DNA from: Camelus dromedarius
Lineage: Eukaryota
Direction of reading: 5' to 3'
DNA: 64,000 nucleotides
Assembly: GCF_036321535.1 (NCBI RefSeq)
Contig: NC_087437.1
Coordinates: forward strand, 42,162,001 to 42,226,000
Position numbers and translations under genes: made by a program. The notes beneath the pieces are model-generated. The model was given only the letters and a program-made list of their open reading frames with translations, was not told where the DNA came from and searched no databases. Below, piece by piece: positions 1 to 14,100 of this stretch; positions within the stretch are counted from its first letter, which is position 1, and each line of letters opens with the position of its first letter.

Positions 1-959
1 CTGAGGTGAATTCTTGGAATTGTTCGTCGGGTTAGTGTTTGTTTTCTTCATTAGTCCTGGGTGAGCTCTCACAGGAATTAGGAAATCATTTTCACATACT
101 GCATTTTTTCATCCCAAAACAAAAGAAGTATTAACTACCTTAGTCCTTGTTCAGTTTTTTCACCCTCCTAGACTCACAGGTTCTTAATACTTTTACCAGA
201 ATGCAAGAAGACATGGCCTCATTTCATTTGATCAGTTCCTCAGTTCTGTTTGTTTTGATCATAACTTTATCATTAAAACTAATTAACGTTATTATCCAGT
301 ACATCAGCTACCCAGAGAAAATATTTTCCATGCATTTTTACTGAAACACATTTTGCATGGAGTGAAACAGTAGGATCACCTTGAAAACAAAGTGAGCTTG
401 GCTCTGGAGGACAATAGGCAGGCAGGTGGAAGGAATTCCGTCTTGACCTCTGAGCTCTAGGCGTACCCGTGCCCAGAATAATGGGAAAGAATGACAGTCT
501 GGACAGCAGAAAGACATTAATATAAACCTTGTAAGTGAGGGAATTTGTACACCATTGAAAAAAGACTAAGACAAAGTCTGGCTTAATTCCCTTCTCCTAA
601 GTAGGGAAAAAAAGGCAATTTCTACCACCCTGATGACCAGTTTTTAAAAAAGATTTTTCCTCTCCAGTTGCAGAAAAATTTCTTTTCCAATCGTAAGAAA
701 AAAAAACTCTTATATTAATACCATACGGCTATTTTACAAGACTCTTGTTGGGAGACAAGAAGAGTTTATTGTAGTCTTTGAATGTTATGTTGAGAGCCTG
801 ACATTGCATTATCTACAAGAGACCTGGTGTAGCCTTAGTATAATAGACTCTGGGAAAAGTAAGTCTCTTCATAATGGAATTTTTGCTATACTTTATCAGA
901 GATAAGTGTTTACTGCGTTCCAGACAGTGAGGCAGATATTCATCCAGTTTGGGGTTATG

Positions 960-2480
960 TATTGAGCTGATATATAAACATTTATGTGCAGGTTTTTGTG
1001 TAAACATGAACTTTTCATTTCTCTAGAGTAAAGCCCAAGAAGTGAGATTGCTGGGTCATAATGATAAGTTAATGTTAAAGTTTATAAGAAACTTAAAAAA
1101 AAAAGTTTTCCAATGTTGTTTTAATACACTTTGCATTTTGCACCAGCAAAATACGAGACTTTCAGTTGTTCCTTATCCTATTAAGCACTTTTTATTTTAG
1201 CCATTTTAATAGGGATATAGTGGTACTTCAATGTAGTTTTAATTTTCATTTTTCCTAATGGCTAATGATGTTAAACATCTTTTCGTGTGCTTATTTGCCA
1301 CGTATATATCCTCTTTGGTGGAATGTATGTTCCAGTCTTTTGCTTATCTTTTAATTGGGTTGTTTGGTTACTGTTGAGTTTTGAGCGGTCTTACACATTC
1401 TGGGTACAATTCCTTTGTCAAATATATAATTTGTAGATATTTTTCTCTGTAGCTTTTCCTCATTCTCCAAAAGTGCAAAACTGTTCAATTTTGATGAAGT
1501 CGTTTTTCAGTTTTTTTTCTTTTATGGATCATGCTTTTCACATCGTATTTAAAAGCTCTTTAATTCTAAGCAACATTTTCTCATGTTTTTTTTTCTTAAA
1601 AGTTTTATATTTTACATTCTACTTTTAGATCTATGATACATTCTGAGTTAAATTTTGAATTAAATATGAGGTTTAGATTATTGAAGTTTATTTTTCCTTT
1701 CGATATCCAATTGTTCCAATACCACTTTAGAAAGACTGTTCTTTCTTCATTGAATTACTTTCACACGTTTGTCGAAAATCTATTGGTCATATTTATGTGG
1801 ATCTATTTCTGGAATCTCTATTCTGTTGATCTTTGTGTCTGTCCCTTTACCAGTACCACACTATCTTGATGACTGTAGTTTTTACAGTAAGCTCTAAATC
1901 AAGTAGTGTGATTCTTCCAACTTTATTCTTACTTTTCAAATTTGTGTTGGCAATTTTAGTTCCTTTACCTTGCCACATAACTTTTAGAATCAGCTTATCT
2001 ATTCTAAGAAGAATCCTGCTGGAATTCTATTAGAATTGCATTACATTTATAGATCAATTTGGGGAGAATGGATATTCTTTCTGTGTAGAGTCTTCCAATT
2101 CATGGTCACTGTGTGCCTCTATTTAGGTGGTCTTTAACGGTCTCAGCAGTGTTGCAGTTTGTTTCTTTATTTCCCATCTCTGTGCCTTTTTCTTCCCCCA
2201 CTGGCAGGGACTTTGTAGTACCTGATGTTCAATAGGAGTGGTAAGAGTAGACGTCCTTGCTTTGTTGCTGACCTTTCATTTAGTCTTTCAATATTAAGTG
2301 TAATGTTAACTGTTGATCTTTCTATAAATGCCGTTTTCAGGTTAAGAAAGTTCCCTTCTATCCATAGTTGGCTGAGAATTTTTATTATGAATGTATGTTT
2401 TGATTTCATCAGATGCTTTTGCTGAATCAGTTGATATGATCATGTGGTTTTTCTTCTTCAGGCTGTTAATATGATGGAAT
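960..2480 (-). mobile_element. Old L1 (L1M-type) ORF2/3' fragment
   Basis: Antisense L1 motifs (gattgctgggtcata; ttgcattacatttatagatcaatttggggaga). The minus ORF 2167..2409 resembles a degraded ORF2 RT segment. Confidence 0.85.
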
Positions 2481-4268
2481 TAGCTAAGGGCTAGGGAATG
2501 AGGGAATGCAGAAAAGAAGGGAAAAAAGGAGGATTGAAGGATTTTCCCCTGTTCACTCTGACCGTTCAGAGACCTTTTCTTTTTTCGAGCCAGGCTTCTC
2601 CTAAAGCTCTGTCCATGCAGTTGTCCACTCCTGGATTTTAGGCTGCATTGAGTCCAGTCTGGGGGATAATGGAGGGGAAGAAAATGATGCATTCACTGCT
2701 GCTTTGTTGGTAGTTCAGATTCTTCCCCAAATCCTCCTGCTATTTCCTTTTTGGAATTCTTAAATAGCTGCTTCATTTATTTTGTCCAGGTTTAACAGCT
2801 GCATTCTTCAGGGGAGAGAGGAGAGAGTGTGCTTACCCCATCTCACCTGGAATTAATCTATTGTGTTTTTTCTTCTTAACGCTTTACAGACATGTTATTA
2901 AATTGACTTGCTGAATTATGTAATTTTAGATTTACAGAATTAAGATTAATTTGAGATCCTTTGATGAATTTAGGCAATACCTAAATTTTCTGTTTAAGTA
3001 TAAGTAATAATTGCTGTAAGTGAGAAGTACGTAAAACTAAATTATAAGAATATTTTAAACTAACCTGTTCCCTGAGCATTTACCTCTTTGTATTTTTTAT
3101 CATGTGTTTTGAAACACTGTTTCAAGCTCAAATCAAGTTTACATGTTGAAAGTTTTAGAGTCAGTGACACCACACTGCTCATACAGCTCAGTAAGATGCC
3201 TTTGTACCTAGCAAGGGGTCTGGGTGCAAGTTTCCACTGGAGGCCTCGTAATGAGGCATGAGGTGGTGGAGGAGATGCAGACCTGGGAAAGATCTTAAGC
3301 GGATGAAGCTGTAAAAATGCTGAGGTTACTGAGGGAACTGACCATATGGTACAGGAGAGAGAGCAGAGGGTGGGGTGGGGACGTGTGTGAGACTTTCAGC
3401 CTGAGAACAGAGGAGGAAGGCCTCTGCAGGGGTCTGCAGGCTGCTGAATGCCAGGAGGAAACAAGCTCCAGCAACATGCCGTCGCTGCGGGAAGGGACGT
3501 TGAGAATGAAGACAGGCAGTGCCATCAGTGTGTTGTGTGATGACCCTGGAGAACTGTTTCAATCAACTAGTAAGGAAGTAGAGGAACAAGAAAAATAGGA
3601 ATAATAGCAGGGCATTGTTTTATATATCTTAAATAATTGACTTAAAATTCCTAGACCATGAGAGCAGTGTAATATATCTTTGTTACCCATAACGCTGCAC
3701 GTAGTAAACATCTAGGTAAGATTTTTGCATGTCTGAATGACACTCTGTTAGCTTTGGTTAAGGACTAGCAGAGATTGTTGGGTGAGCCTGGAGACAGGGA
3801 GGAGAAATGCCCTGTTGAAGAGCTGTTGTCCTTTGTTTCGAACTCTGAAGGAGACTCTCTTATTCTCTTACCTCATTTATTTTTTTTTATTGCTCACTTA
3901 CTTCCAAAACTGACTTTGAGCTAGCTAAAGGGTGGCCAGAACAAAATGTAAAAGTAAGTCTTGAGAATGTCTTCCCTTAGACAACAGTTCTTTTCTTTCT
4001 TTCTCTTCTATTTTTTTTCCCTTAATTAAAGAACAAAGGGTTATCTTGCTAATGCGCTTTTGGGGGCTATTTTTTGGAATGGAGAGGCTCATCTGTCCCC
4101 CAGGCTGCCCGTTTCTCTTTCTGTCTTGAATTATTTTAACTCGTTTTCCTTTATTCCATGATACTGCGTATAGGGACAAGTAAGAAACTTGCCACACAGT
4201 GTTTATTTCGAATAAGGAATGACTGCTTCTTAAATCTACAACATTTGTGTTTTTTCCCCTTTTTCCAG

Positions 4269-4481
4269 GATCAGAATTCAGGCCATAAATGAAATTGGAG
4301 CTGGGCCGTTCAGTCAATTCATTAAAGCAAAAACCCGGCCGTTACCACCCTTGCCTCCTAGGCTCGAGTGTGCTGCTGCCGGGCCTCAGAGCCTGAAGCT
4401 GAAATGGGGAGACAGTAACGCCAAGACCCATGCTGCTGACGACATGGTGTACACGCTGCAGCTGGAGGACAGAAACAAGAG
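4269..4481 (+). CDS. FNDC3B: FNDC3B internal coding exon (FN3 repeats)
   Basis: Acceptor ttttccag|G and donor AG|gtgagg. Reads (R)IRIQAINEIGAGPFSQFIKAKTRPLPPLPPRLECAAAGPQSLKLKWGDSNAKTHAADDMVYTLQLEDRNK(R), which I recognise as FNDC3B. Its phase matches the next exon. Confidence 0.96.
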
Positions 4482-7400
4482 GTGAGGCACGAGGGTACGC
4501 GAGAAAATCCTATGGCTTCGGCTTGCCGGATGAAATCTTGTTCATTTGTCCTCTGAAATGCTCTTCCTCCTTGTCCAAAGACTTCCTGTGTATTTGGGTT
4601 CTACATTTTGTACACAAAGTTGTATCCTTCATTCTCCATTTGGAATTTTCTAAATTAACATTCTAAAGGTCCTGATTTCCCTCCATGTGATGATATATGT
4701 GTTTTTTCTTTCATAAGGCCAGATAACAGAGGGGAATTATCTAAAAAGAAAATGGCCAAATTCAAGTCCACACTGTGTAATAGTGTTATGTTAGTCACGA
4801 GTGCAGAGGGAAATAAGACCCAGGAAGAGATATTAACCTCTTTAAATATTCAGTGACCATCGGGACAAACATGTTTACCGATCTGAAATAGCTGTGCTGA
4901 TGTACAGATGAGGGTTGTACTCTGACTGTGAGCAGTGTGATATCAAATTAACCGGAGCAAATAGGAGATTCTTTTTAAGACTCCATGCTCAGGAAACACT
5001 CTTGTCTACAGAAATCAAATCCAGCCTTTCACGTAGTATTTATTTAACCTAGCTCCATTTCCTCTGAAAATGGCCTCCCAGAAGATGGGCGGCTGAATGT
5101 ATTTGGGAATAATTCAGCTGCAGAGCAAAAGTTAATAACAGCAAATTCTGTTCTCAGAAGTTCAAAAGAGAGAATCAGCTGAAGGAAGTGAGAGATGACC
5201 ACAAAACCACGACCGCCCGGTGGCGTAGACACAGGCTGCTCCTTCCCGGGGCACACCTGCCAAAGTTCGAACAGCGTGGGGCAGAAGTATTTCTGTCTTT
5301 CCTCTTCGAGCAGCATAGTATCCTGCTCTTTTCCACGGGGAACTGGTTCTAGTTAGCACAGAATCCCTGTCCAACCTCCACCTCTGCTCTGTGCTTGAGG
5401 GCTCTGAGTCATGTCAGAGCAGTGGAGTCCTGCTGTGTGGAAGGCACTGTGTGAGCTGGGCCTTCCATGGAGACCAAGATCAAGAACAAAAACCAGGCCC
5501 TGCCTCCATCTCTGGGAGCGTAATATCGACCTGCAAATAGTTGTGGAACATTAGTGCCATTGGAGAAAAGTGCTCTAGGAGTTTGAAGGGAGGCAGACAT
5601 AGGGGAAAACATGCAGAGAACATTTGGTCACAAAGATCAGGAACAGCTTTCTGAAACAAGTAACATTTGAACTTGACTTTGGAGGACCTGGCAAACACAA
5701 TAGTTTGACTTAGAAGAACAAAAAGTGATTGTCCTTTTGGACATTGGTCCTAGTATAGAAAACGTGGAGAAAGTAACGCTACTTTTGGGGTGGCTCATTA
5801 GAGATTAAATTCATACTCATTCATAGACAAGATCATTCATCTTGCTGTGCTGTGTGCTCTTGGATGCATTTTCATGGGCTCATTATTTTACTGGTAGGAG
5901 ACTCATGGACCTTACTGGCAGGAACAGGAATTACAGACTAAAAGAAATCAGGATAAATATATAAAGCTAGCATTTAGGAAAATTTGTAAAATAGTCTACA
6001 TTTTTTTCCTGGGCTTTTGGCTTGCATTGGTGTTGGGGAGAACCTTCCTTAGAGAATGCTTTCTAGTTGTACTGTTTAGAACAAGTGAAGCCCAGCAACG
6101 TTGTTGAAGCTGGTAACAAAACTGAAACTAGAGCCAGCACCTCCTGACTTCCCCATGCAGCTGCCTCTACTGTTAACCTCCAAGAATGTGGGGAGAGTGA
6201 CCGTTCCCCACCACACCTGCCATCCCCGTCACGCTGCGGTCCTGCCCTGTGCAGGGTAAGCCACCTGAGGTGACTCATACAGAGACTTAGAACAAAAAGC
6301 TCCATGAGCACTGGTCCAAATATGTATGCTGTTGTGAGACAATTAAATATGTCAGACAGAAAATAGCAGAATCTAGTAATCAATACTTGCTCTTTCCTTA
6401 AAAAAAAAAAAAAAAAAAAAAAGCCCAAGGCCAGCCTTGTTAATCAAATAAATGACTTGCCTAAATGGCAGTTTAAGAAAACTTAGCATTAGGAACAGTG
6501 TTTTTCTTAATTTTATGAGCTAGAGTCCAAATTTATCTTTTTAAAATTAATTTTGTCAGTGCTCCCAGAAGTTATTAAAGCGATGGGAATATAGAGCATA
6601 ATAAATTTTCATTCTATTAGTGGAATTATTTTCCTGGGATTTAAATAGAATGAAACTTGGTCTAATTTGAGTTTGAAGATGACATTCCATAGTGTCTTGA
6701 AACTGAACTCTTGTGGTGAGTGGCCCCATGAATCCAAGCCTTTAACTTTGACTCCCGACTCATGAGGGTCGGGGAGAAACACTTTGAGTTGAGTAGACCA
6801 TAATACTCGCTATTAGCCTGGTCTTTCTCAGTTCTTGTACCCTTGAGGTTCTTTTCGGACTTGGGTCTGGCCTGTTCAGTGAAAGGAACAGCGTTTTCTT
6901 CCAAAGAGGCAGCTGTCTTTTTCATTGAACTTGTGGTTGCGAGCATGGTTTCTAGTTGTGGCTTTTGGGAAAAGCGCGCACATTCTTTAGCCTGTGTGTT
7001 GATTTCCTTAACCACTAATAAGTTCCCATTATGGATGTAGCAAAAATATTATACATCCTGCTGTGGCCAAGGTGAGAACCAGAGTTAGGTCTGATTGTGG
7101 TTTTTAATATACTTTCTTAGCTGTCTCAAAATACTTCTTTTGCCATGTCCACTTGGCTCACCAGTCACTGGGCATTTGAGAGGAGAACAGCTGGTGTCTG
7201 AGTCTTAAAACATGTTTTGCAGCAGAAGCACAATGAGCATGAATAACTCCACGCTTGGCAGTTAGATTAAAGAGCTGAGTTGATTTTAGCTGCTAAACTA
7301 TTGGTCCCACTTTTTCCTTGTCTACAAAATAAAGGGATTGAACAGTAAGATGAACTCTGAGGTCCTTCCCCCCTTTTTACCTAAAGCAGTGAATCTTTGT

Positions 7401-7719
7401 AGATTATTTGTGATATAATATATATAATCTAAATCCTAAATAAAAAGGTATCTTTTGTAACTGATTAGGGCATTTTATCTCTTTTTTCTTCATATTTTAG
7501 CTTCTGCTTTTGACAAATAAGAAAATGAAAAGATACTAACTTTCCTTAAGAGTAACCACTTAATATCCAAAAGCGCTAAGGCTTTGTTTGCATCTGTAAT
7601 GTGCTAGATCATATTATGTTTATTTTTATATCTCACAATCAAAATATCTGAAATGACTCAGAGATTTCTAAGTATACTGTTCAGCTAAAAGTATATTTTC
7701 AAACTTTCTAAAGGAAACT

Positions 7720-8160
7720 ACTATTTATTGAGCACCTACAGAGTGCCAGGCATTGAGAGCTTAATTTACATTATTTAGTTCTTGACTAAAAAGTGAAATA
7801 TTTTCTGTGGTAATAGAACTTCTAGCAAAGCTTTCCACCATCTAAGTAAAACAATGTACTGTTTTTGATAAGTTGATTTCCACTTAAGATTATTACAAAG
7901 AAGGGAACTATGCTGTGCTTAAGCACTGAATAGACAAAGAAGACCGAGATAGATCCCTGCCCTGAAGGGCTCACAGTCTGGTGGGGGACAGGTGGAACAG
8001 ACATATACTTTCAAGCAAATCATGGTGTGGAAGGTTTACAGATTGGCACATGCACAGAATACTGAGGGAAGACAGAAGAATGGCATGTATTTTAGCCCTG
8101 AAATTAAATGAATGGAGGAGCCTTATTAGAGAAGGTGACAAGTTGAGTGAATCTTAAAAG
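7720..8160 (+). mobile_element. L2 fragments
   Basis: tatttattgagcacctac..gtgccaggca and ccctgccctgaagggctcacagtctggtggggga are typical L2 3' motifs (strand given as read). Confidence 0.6.
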
Positions 8161-11044
8161 GATCCCCATCTTACAGCCTCATGCTGGAGAGACTTAGTGG
8201 TAAGGACTCAGGACTGGGTGGAAACAGGATACAATTTCCAAAGCACAGAAACAAACCTCCATGTAAATGCTTCTTTCTAGTACTTTTACACGTGGATTTT
8301 TTCTTTTTTAATCTGGGGCTACTGCATGTAAATAAAAGGGGTCCCAGAAGGGCATCTTGCCCAAATCCTCAAGGTGAATCAACCCAGCATTCGTCCAGAT
8401 GACCTAGACTTGCTGGTTGGGAAATTTTTCCCCTTGATCAGGACATTTGTTTCCCATGTATTCAAGATTTTGACCCACAAGATTCCCAGTCCAAGGTCAC
8501 TGACTACATATTTATACAGCAGCCTCAAAGCAGTGCTTTATATTTATAGGACTAAGTTTATCCCTAGCAGTTAGATTACGATCACTCAGTCATCAGTTTT
8601 CTTTTAAATTTTTGCAGTGTGCCAGGTCTTGTGAGGTATGTGGCCTGCCTGTAAGGAGCTTATCTTGCTGAGAAAATAAATTAACATGAAAAAATGAGCA
8701 GACAGCACAAGAAGTTTTATTTAATTTCAACAGAAAAACAAAAGTTATATTAGTTTGGCTGTAGCATGATTAAGTCTATTATTATTAACAGATCTAGCGC
8801 AGATCTGAATGTCTTTGGTTCCTGTGTATGCAAGAAAAATATATAAGCAAAGTAAACACTTTCATAATGCTGCATTAACCTGATACAGGGATTAGAATAA
8901 CAAGATCGGCTCGTACATTTTAAGATTATAATGCTGTAACAATGATTTTGAAGATGCATCTGTTTGTGTTATTGAAATGAGATGTTGTGCTGCCCTAACA
9001 GAATTTTAGTTGATGCCAATTCTTGTTCTGACCCTGCGGATCCGTGTCCCTGATACTTGTACACAGCACGGAGGCAAGAGGAACTTGGGTTCCAGGAATG
9101 CACTTATGGTTCATCTGTTCAGGTTTAGTCAGACAGCCAATGTATTTTAAAACAAGTCTCCAGCAAAATGCAGATGGGGGAGAGGGCTCTAAGTAGAGTG
9201 GGTGGTTGCCCCTTGCTCTCCGTTTAACTCAGCCCTTGTGCCCATGACACTTCTCCCTTCAGCCAGTGAAATTGGAGGGGCTTTGTAATGTGTACAATAT
9301 GACTGCCTGTTTTCTGTTAGTGAGGGACAGAAAATAATCTGCATGAAGAAACCCTGAAGAAGCACACACTAGGCAACTAATAAAAGTGACGGGGGGGTGA
9401 ACTTAATGTACGCCTGTTACAGAACAAACTCCTGCCTATATTCCTCAGAGTGTGTCGCTGAAATAAATGAAATCGATGTAACACAGCTCAGCGCCCACAG
9501 AAGGCCCTCAGTATTAGTTTCCGTTGCTTCTCTTGAATGGTCCCCAATTCACATGATCACCCTTTTTGGATAAATGGCATTTTTATATTACCTTTAATAA
9601 CCAGAAGGCAACTGTGGTTCTTGCAGGGGTGTCAAATCTCTGTTATAATTCCAGATCTGTTCCCGAGTTCCTAGGCGACTTGGAGGCATGTCCCTTAACT
9701 TTTTTTGGCCTTAGTTTCTCCCTCTACAAAATGGAGCTAGTGATGCCTGTCTCCAGTTCCCACCTAATGGAAAAAAACATTTTTATTTCTTATGAAAAAG
9801 TACAAAAATTCATCCTGAAAAAAAAAAAAACTATTGCTAGCTTATGCAGTTTCAGGCTAAAATATTCTGAGCACAGGAAGAGGTGAGAGATGGTAAATGA
9901 ACTATTTGAGATCTTAATTAGACCCGAAGTAGAATTCAGATTACAGTTTTTTTCTTCTCTTTAAAATGGAATTTCTATTTAAAAATAAATAAGTAACAAT
10001 GGAATTGGATAGCTTTTTCCTAAGTGAGGGAAGATTGAGGCAAGGCCACCAAAGTAAAAGTGGGCTAATGGAAATTTGGAAGACTCTGGGAAGAGTATGC
10101 TTGAAGGTGAGAGTCCCTGCACGTGTTTGAAAGCAAAGGAAAGGAATGGAAAGTTTCAAGGTTCTCAGGTGGTCTTTCGAGAGTCTAGTCATCCTTCCTC
10201 TGAATATAAAAAAAATCCCCTTTAAAATGTATCAATTAAGTGCAGTGTAAACAAAATTAGAAATAGGAATTTCATTCTATGTAAAGAGTTTCACCAGTAG
10301 CTATAGTGACATTTCTTGGAAAAGGAGCATACAAAAGATCAAAACCAAAAAGTATTGCAGCCTGATTACTCACAAGCCAGGAGTTCCGTGTATGGCTGGG
10401 GACATGGGGTAGGAAATTAACTCATTTTCTCATTGGTCTTTCGGGAATCGCTCTTGGCACTTGAGTGCTCAGTCTGCAAACTGGGACTCAGCAACATCCA
10501 AACCAGTTTCAGAAAGGCACCTTCCTCACCTCAGGTGTCCCCACGTGATGCCATCTGCTGCCACTTGCATCTGCGTAGACATGGCAGGACTCAGTGTTCT
10601 GGGTGGACTGAGGTCACAGGCTCTCCATTCCTGTTTTGACATCCTCCATTCCCAAACATCACCTCAGTCATGGAGCAGGTCCACGCACACACAATCTGTG
10701 GAGCCCAGGGGAGTTAAGATAAAGACAGTGACATGTCATTGTTAAGGTGCAGCTGCATTGAGCTTCTTAAAGCTGTTAGTTTGTGATGTTTTGAAGCGTG
10801 CCATTTGCAGCTGTTTGTAGACCACAGACCATTTGAGGTCAGCAGGTTAGATATTTTGAGGGATTAATATTAATGGGCAGTTGTTGGCCTGCAGTGGGCC
10901 TGGGGATTATAAGATAGCAACAACGAAGTAAACACACAAACCTTAGCATTGTCTCATATTTTCTACTGCGAATTTGTTATAAGCCATCCAGAGTATTCTT
11001 AGATGTTTCTTTCGAAACGAAACTGTCTGAAGGAAACAGATTTT

Positions 11045-11165
11045 ATTGTCACATTTTTTTTCACTGTGAGCTACCATAAGATCCTGTATATATTTCCCTG
11101 TGCTATACAGTATAATCTTGTTTATCTATTCTACATTTTGAAATCCCAGTCTGTCCCTTCCCACC
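11045..11165 (-). mobile_element. Very short 5'-truncated L1 3' end with TSD
   Basis: L1 3'UTR motif atttccctgtgctatacagtataatcttgtttatctattcta, flanked by the direct repeat cagatttt at 11037-11044 and 11166-11173. Confidence 0.75.
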
Positions 11166-14100
11166 CAGATTTTTAAATTAAGTTCTTTGTATATCATCAT
11201 TTTCCTCTAAAGTGATTTAAAATAAAGACACATTTAAAGATGTAACACATCTGAATTTTTTCCTTAAGCTGCACTTCAGGCCAAAAATGTCATCTTTCAC
11301 AACGTGAAAGCCTAAAATACTGAGGTGTAAAGAATTTCTTGAAGATGTCAGTAATCTTGTTTTGCCTATTTAATAAGGAATCTACAACTTCCTTGGTCCT
11401 TTCACTTGGATCCCATAAAGAGCCCTGCCAGGTGAATAAGACAATTATCCCAAGTGTCTGGAAACAGCCTGGAGACTGATCGGCTTGTTCAAGTTCATAG
11501 TGAAGGTAACAGACTCCCCCATTGTGGCCAGGATCTTTGTACCCACCATGAAATACTCTGACAGGCCGGCAGAATAAGCAAATTTATTTTGTATTCATAG
11601 ATACGTAGGACATTTTTTAAAAAACCACTGCTAAATTACCAGCGTTAAAACCCACGTGTGCTTGTTAGCATTCAAATGCTTCGTTTCTAGGAGATATTAC
11701 AGTCAAAACTAAAGCCAGTTGGGGGCAGAGCCACAAAGAATTCATTTAGACTGTAAACTTTCAGTGACCTACCAAACGTTCTGCCTTGTTTGTTTCCTCT
11801 TCCTAGTAAATATTTGTTTTACTATAAGAGAGCATTCCTCCCGTTTTTCCTTTCCCTGAGTGGAAAAATGCCCAAATTTCCATTCATGGCCAGCACTTCT
11901 GTAGGACCCACCACTCCATCTTGACCTGTTTTCAGCAGCAGTTCTTGGCCTGGGGTCACCAGGAGAGGGTGGGTGGTATTCACTGGCACAGCTTTCCCTC
12001 CAACTCCAGAAAGCCTAAAGGCGTGGAAGTGGGAGGGATGCCATTCTGGGGACATCCTTGGGCTTTTCCAGCATTGAGAAATGAGTTACATCATTCATGA
12101 AACTGGGTGCATTGTCATTAATAGCAGTGTTGCAAACAATAACCACTGGTACGTACCAGGCACTCACAAGTGCTAGTATGTTGTGATGGGTTCTCTCTGA
12201 GTTACTCCGTGGAGTTCTCACAGCAGCCCTCTGGGTGGGTAGCCGCTGTCATCAGACCCATTTTACACAGGAGCAAACAGCTTTCTTGGCTGTAGAGCTG
12301 AAGATCACAAGGCTGTTGAACCTGAACTCAGACTCAAGTCTGCGGTCTGCAGAGATTATTACCTACCGTGCCTTCAGCCCCTGCACCACAGCAGAGTCCA
12401 CAGGTGTTTCCACACCTGCCCTCTTAACGTGGTCTCACAGGAGCCCTAGGTCATGGGGATGATGCCTCCAAAGGTATGTGGCCACAGGTAGCAGGGGTTG
12501 AGGATGAAGTACACGACCTCTCAGAGGCACTGCCAGTGCGGACCCAGGGCTCCACGGAGACCTTTAATGACCTATGATACCATGAGGGTCCCTGTGGCTA
12601 CATATGCCTCAGCCTGAACTGATGATAGAAAATTACTCAGTGACTTTACTGAACATGTGCTACAGTCTAGGAACCATGCCACCTGCTACTTATTTTTATA
12701 CATACTTACATGTATATCTATGTATCTATATATAATTTCATTGTGTTTCTGTAGCACAGGAGCATTTGTATAATGAAAGTAACAGCGACCATTTCACTTA
12801 TACTTCTTGGTCACCGAATTAGATTAACTTACTGAGGGGAGAGCTATGTCTAGTGCAGGTCATGACTGATGGCAGCAGAACATCACAAATTCCGGTGGAC
12901 CTGTTCTGGCTGGGGCAGGAAGTGGGAGGGGCCTGGGTGGCATGCATTGAGAGCCACAGTGGTCCTCAGGGCACCTTAGCCTGACTAGATGGTTGGTGGC
13001 AATCATGGTATAGCTCCTGTAACCATTGGGCACCCTGTGTAGAACTCTTTCTATATGTTGAGCTCAGTGCTGAGTTTTTTACCAACATTTTCACATTTGG
13101 CTCTTAAAACAATCTTTGAGGTGGATACTGTCCCTGTTTTGCAGATCAGAGAAATGCTTAGCAGGGGCAAGTCATTTTGCAGTAAGGGACAGAGCTGAGG
13201 TTCGCGTCCAGTCTTCCTGAGTGCAAATCCTGTGCCCCGCTGCTTCTCACCAACGTGTGGGGAGGCAGAGGGAGAAGTAAAGGGGGTCCAGTCTTCACCA
13301 AGCAGTGGGGTGGCCTAGGAGAGGAAACACTCCCCAGTAGTGCATCCCTTGTCACCTGGGCCACCCCCTGGGCTTGAACAGTCAAGGGATTGCGAGCTCA
13401 GAGTTTTCGCATCTCCTGCTAGTGTTGTAGGCACTCCAGCTGCTGTAGGTCCTCCCCAGTCCTAGTTGATCCCATTCCAGGGATGATCTCCTTTCCCCAG
13501 GGCTTGGGGTAGTGCACTCTGAAGTGATAGGGATCAGGGCCTTCAAGACAGCAGGACTCCTGTCGGCCTCTGGTTGTGACTCATATCCCAGGGCAGGTGG
13601 TGCATGAACACATGTGGGGTCTAAGCACTGGCTCTCGGCATGAAGTGTAAGGGGGAGGAAGAGCCGTGGGACAGCTGGGTGACTGCTGCCCTCCTCCTCC
13701 TCTTCATGGCAAAGCTGTGCTCTGAGCTCTTGACTCCTTGGTCATTTTAAAATGTGGGGTCTTGAATCATTGTGTCTGGGGATGTATAGCACGTGTAATT
13801 CCTTCACCACAGGCCTCTGGCTTACTTCTTAATGAGTTTTAAAATTAAGTTGGTCTTTAAAAAAAAAAGATTTAGGAGAGAGAAAACAATTAAGTTGGTC
13901 TTAGTAAAACAAATATTTGATGAATATTTTTAATCTGTCCCCAAGTGGTTCTAGCCACGGGGTGTTAACCTACGGAGCCTCCTGGAGAGGCCACTGTGCA
14001 ACTGGCTGTAAATCACTGGCTCTGAGGAAAGAAGGTTCTTCCTTCTCCTGCCTCTTGGAATGACAGGAAGTGATTACAGAATCAGGTGAAAGATTATATT

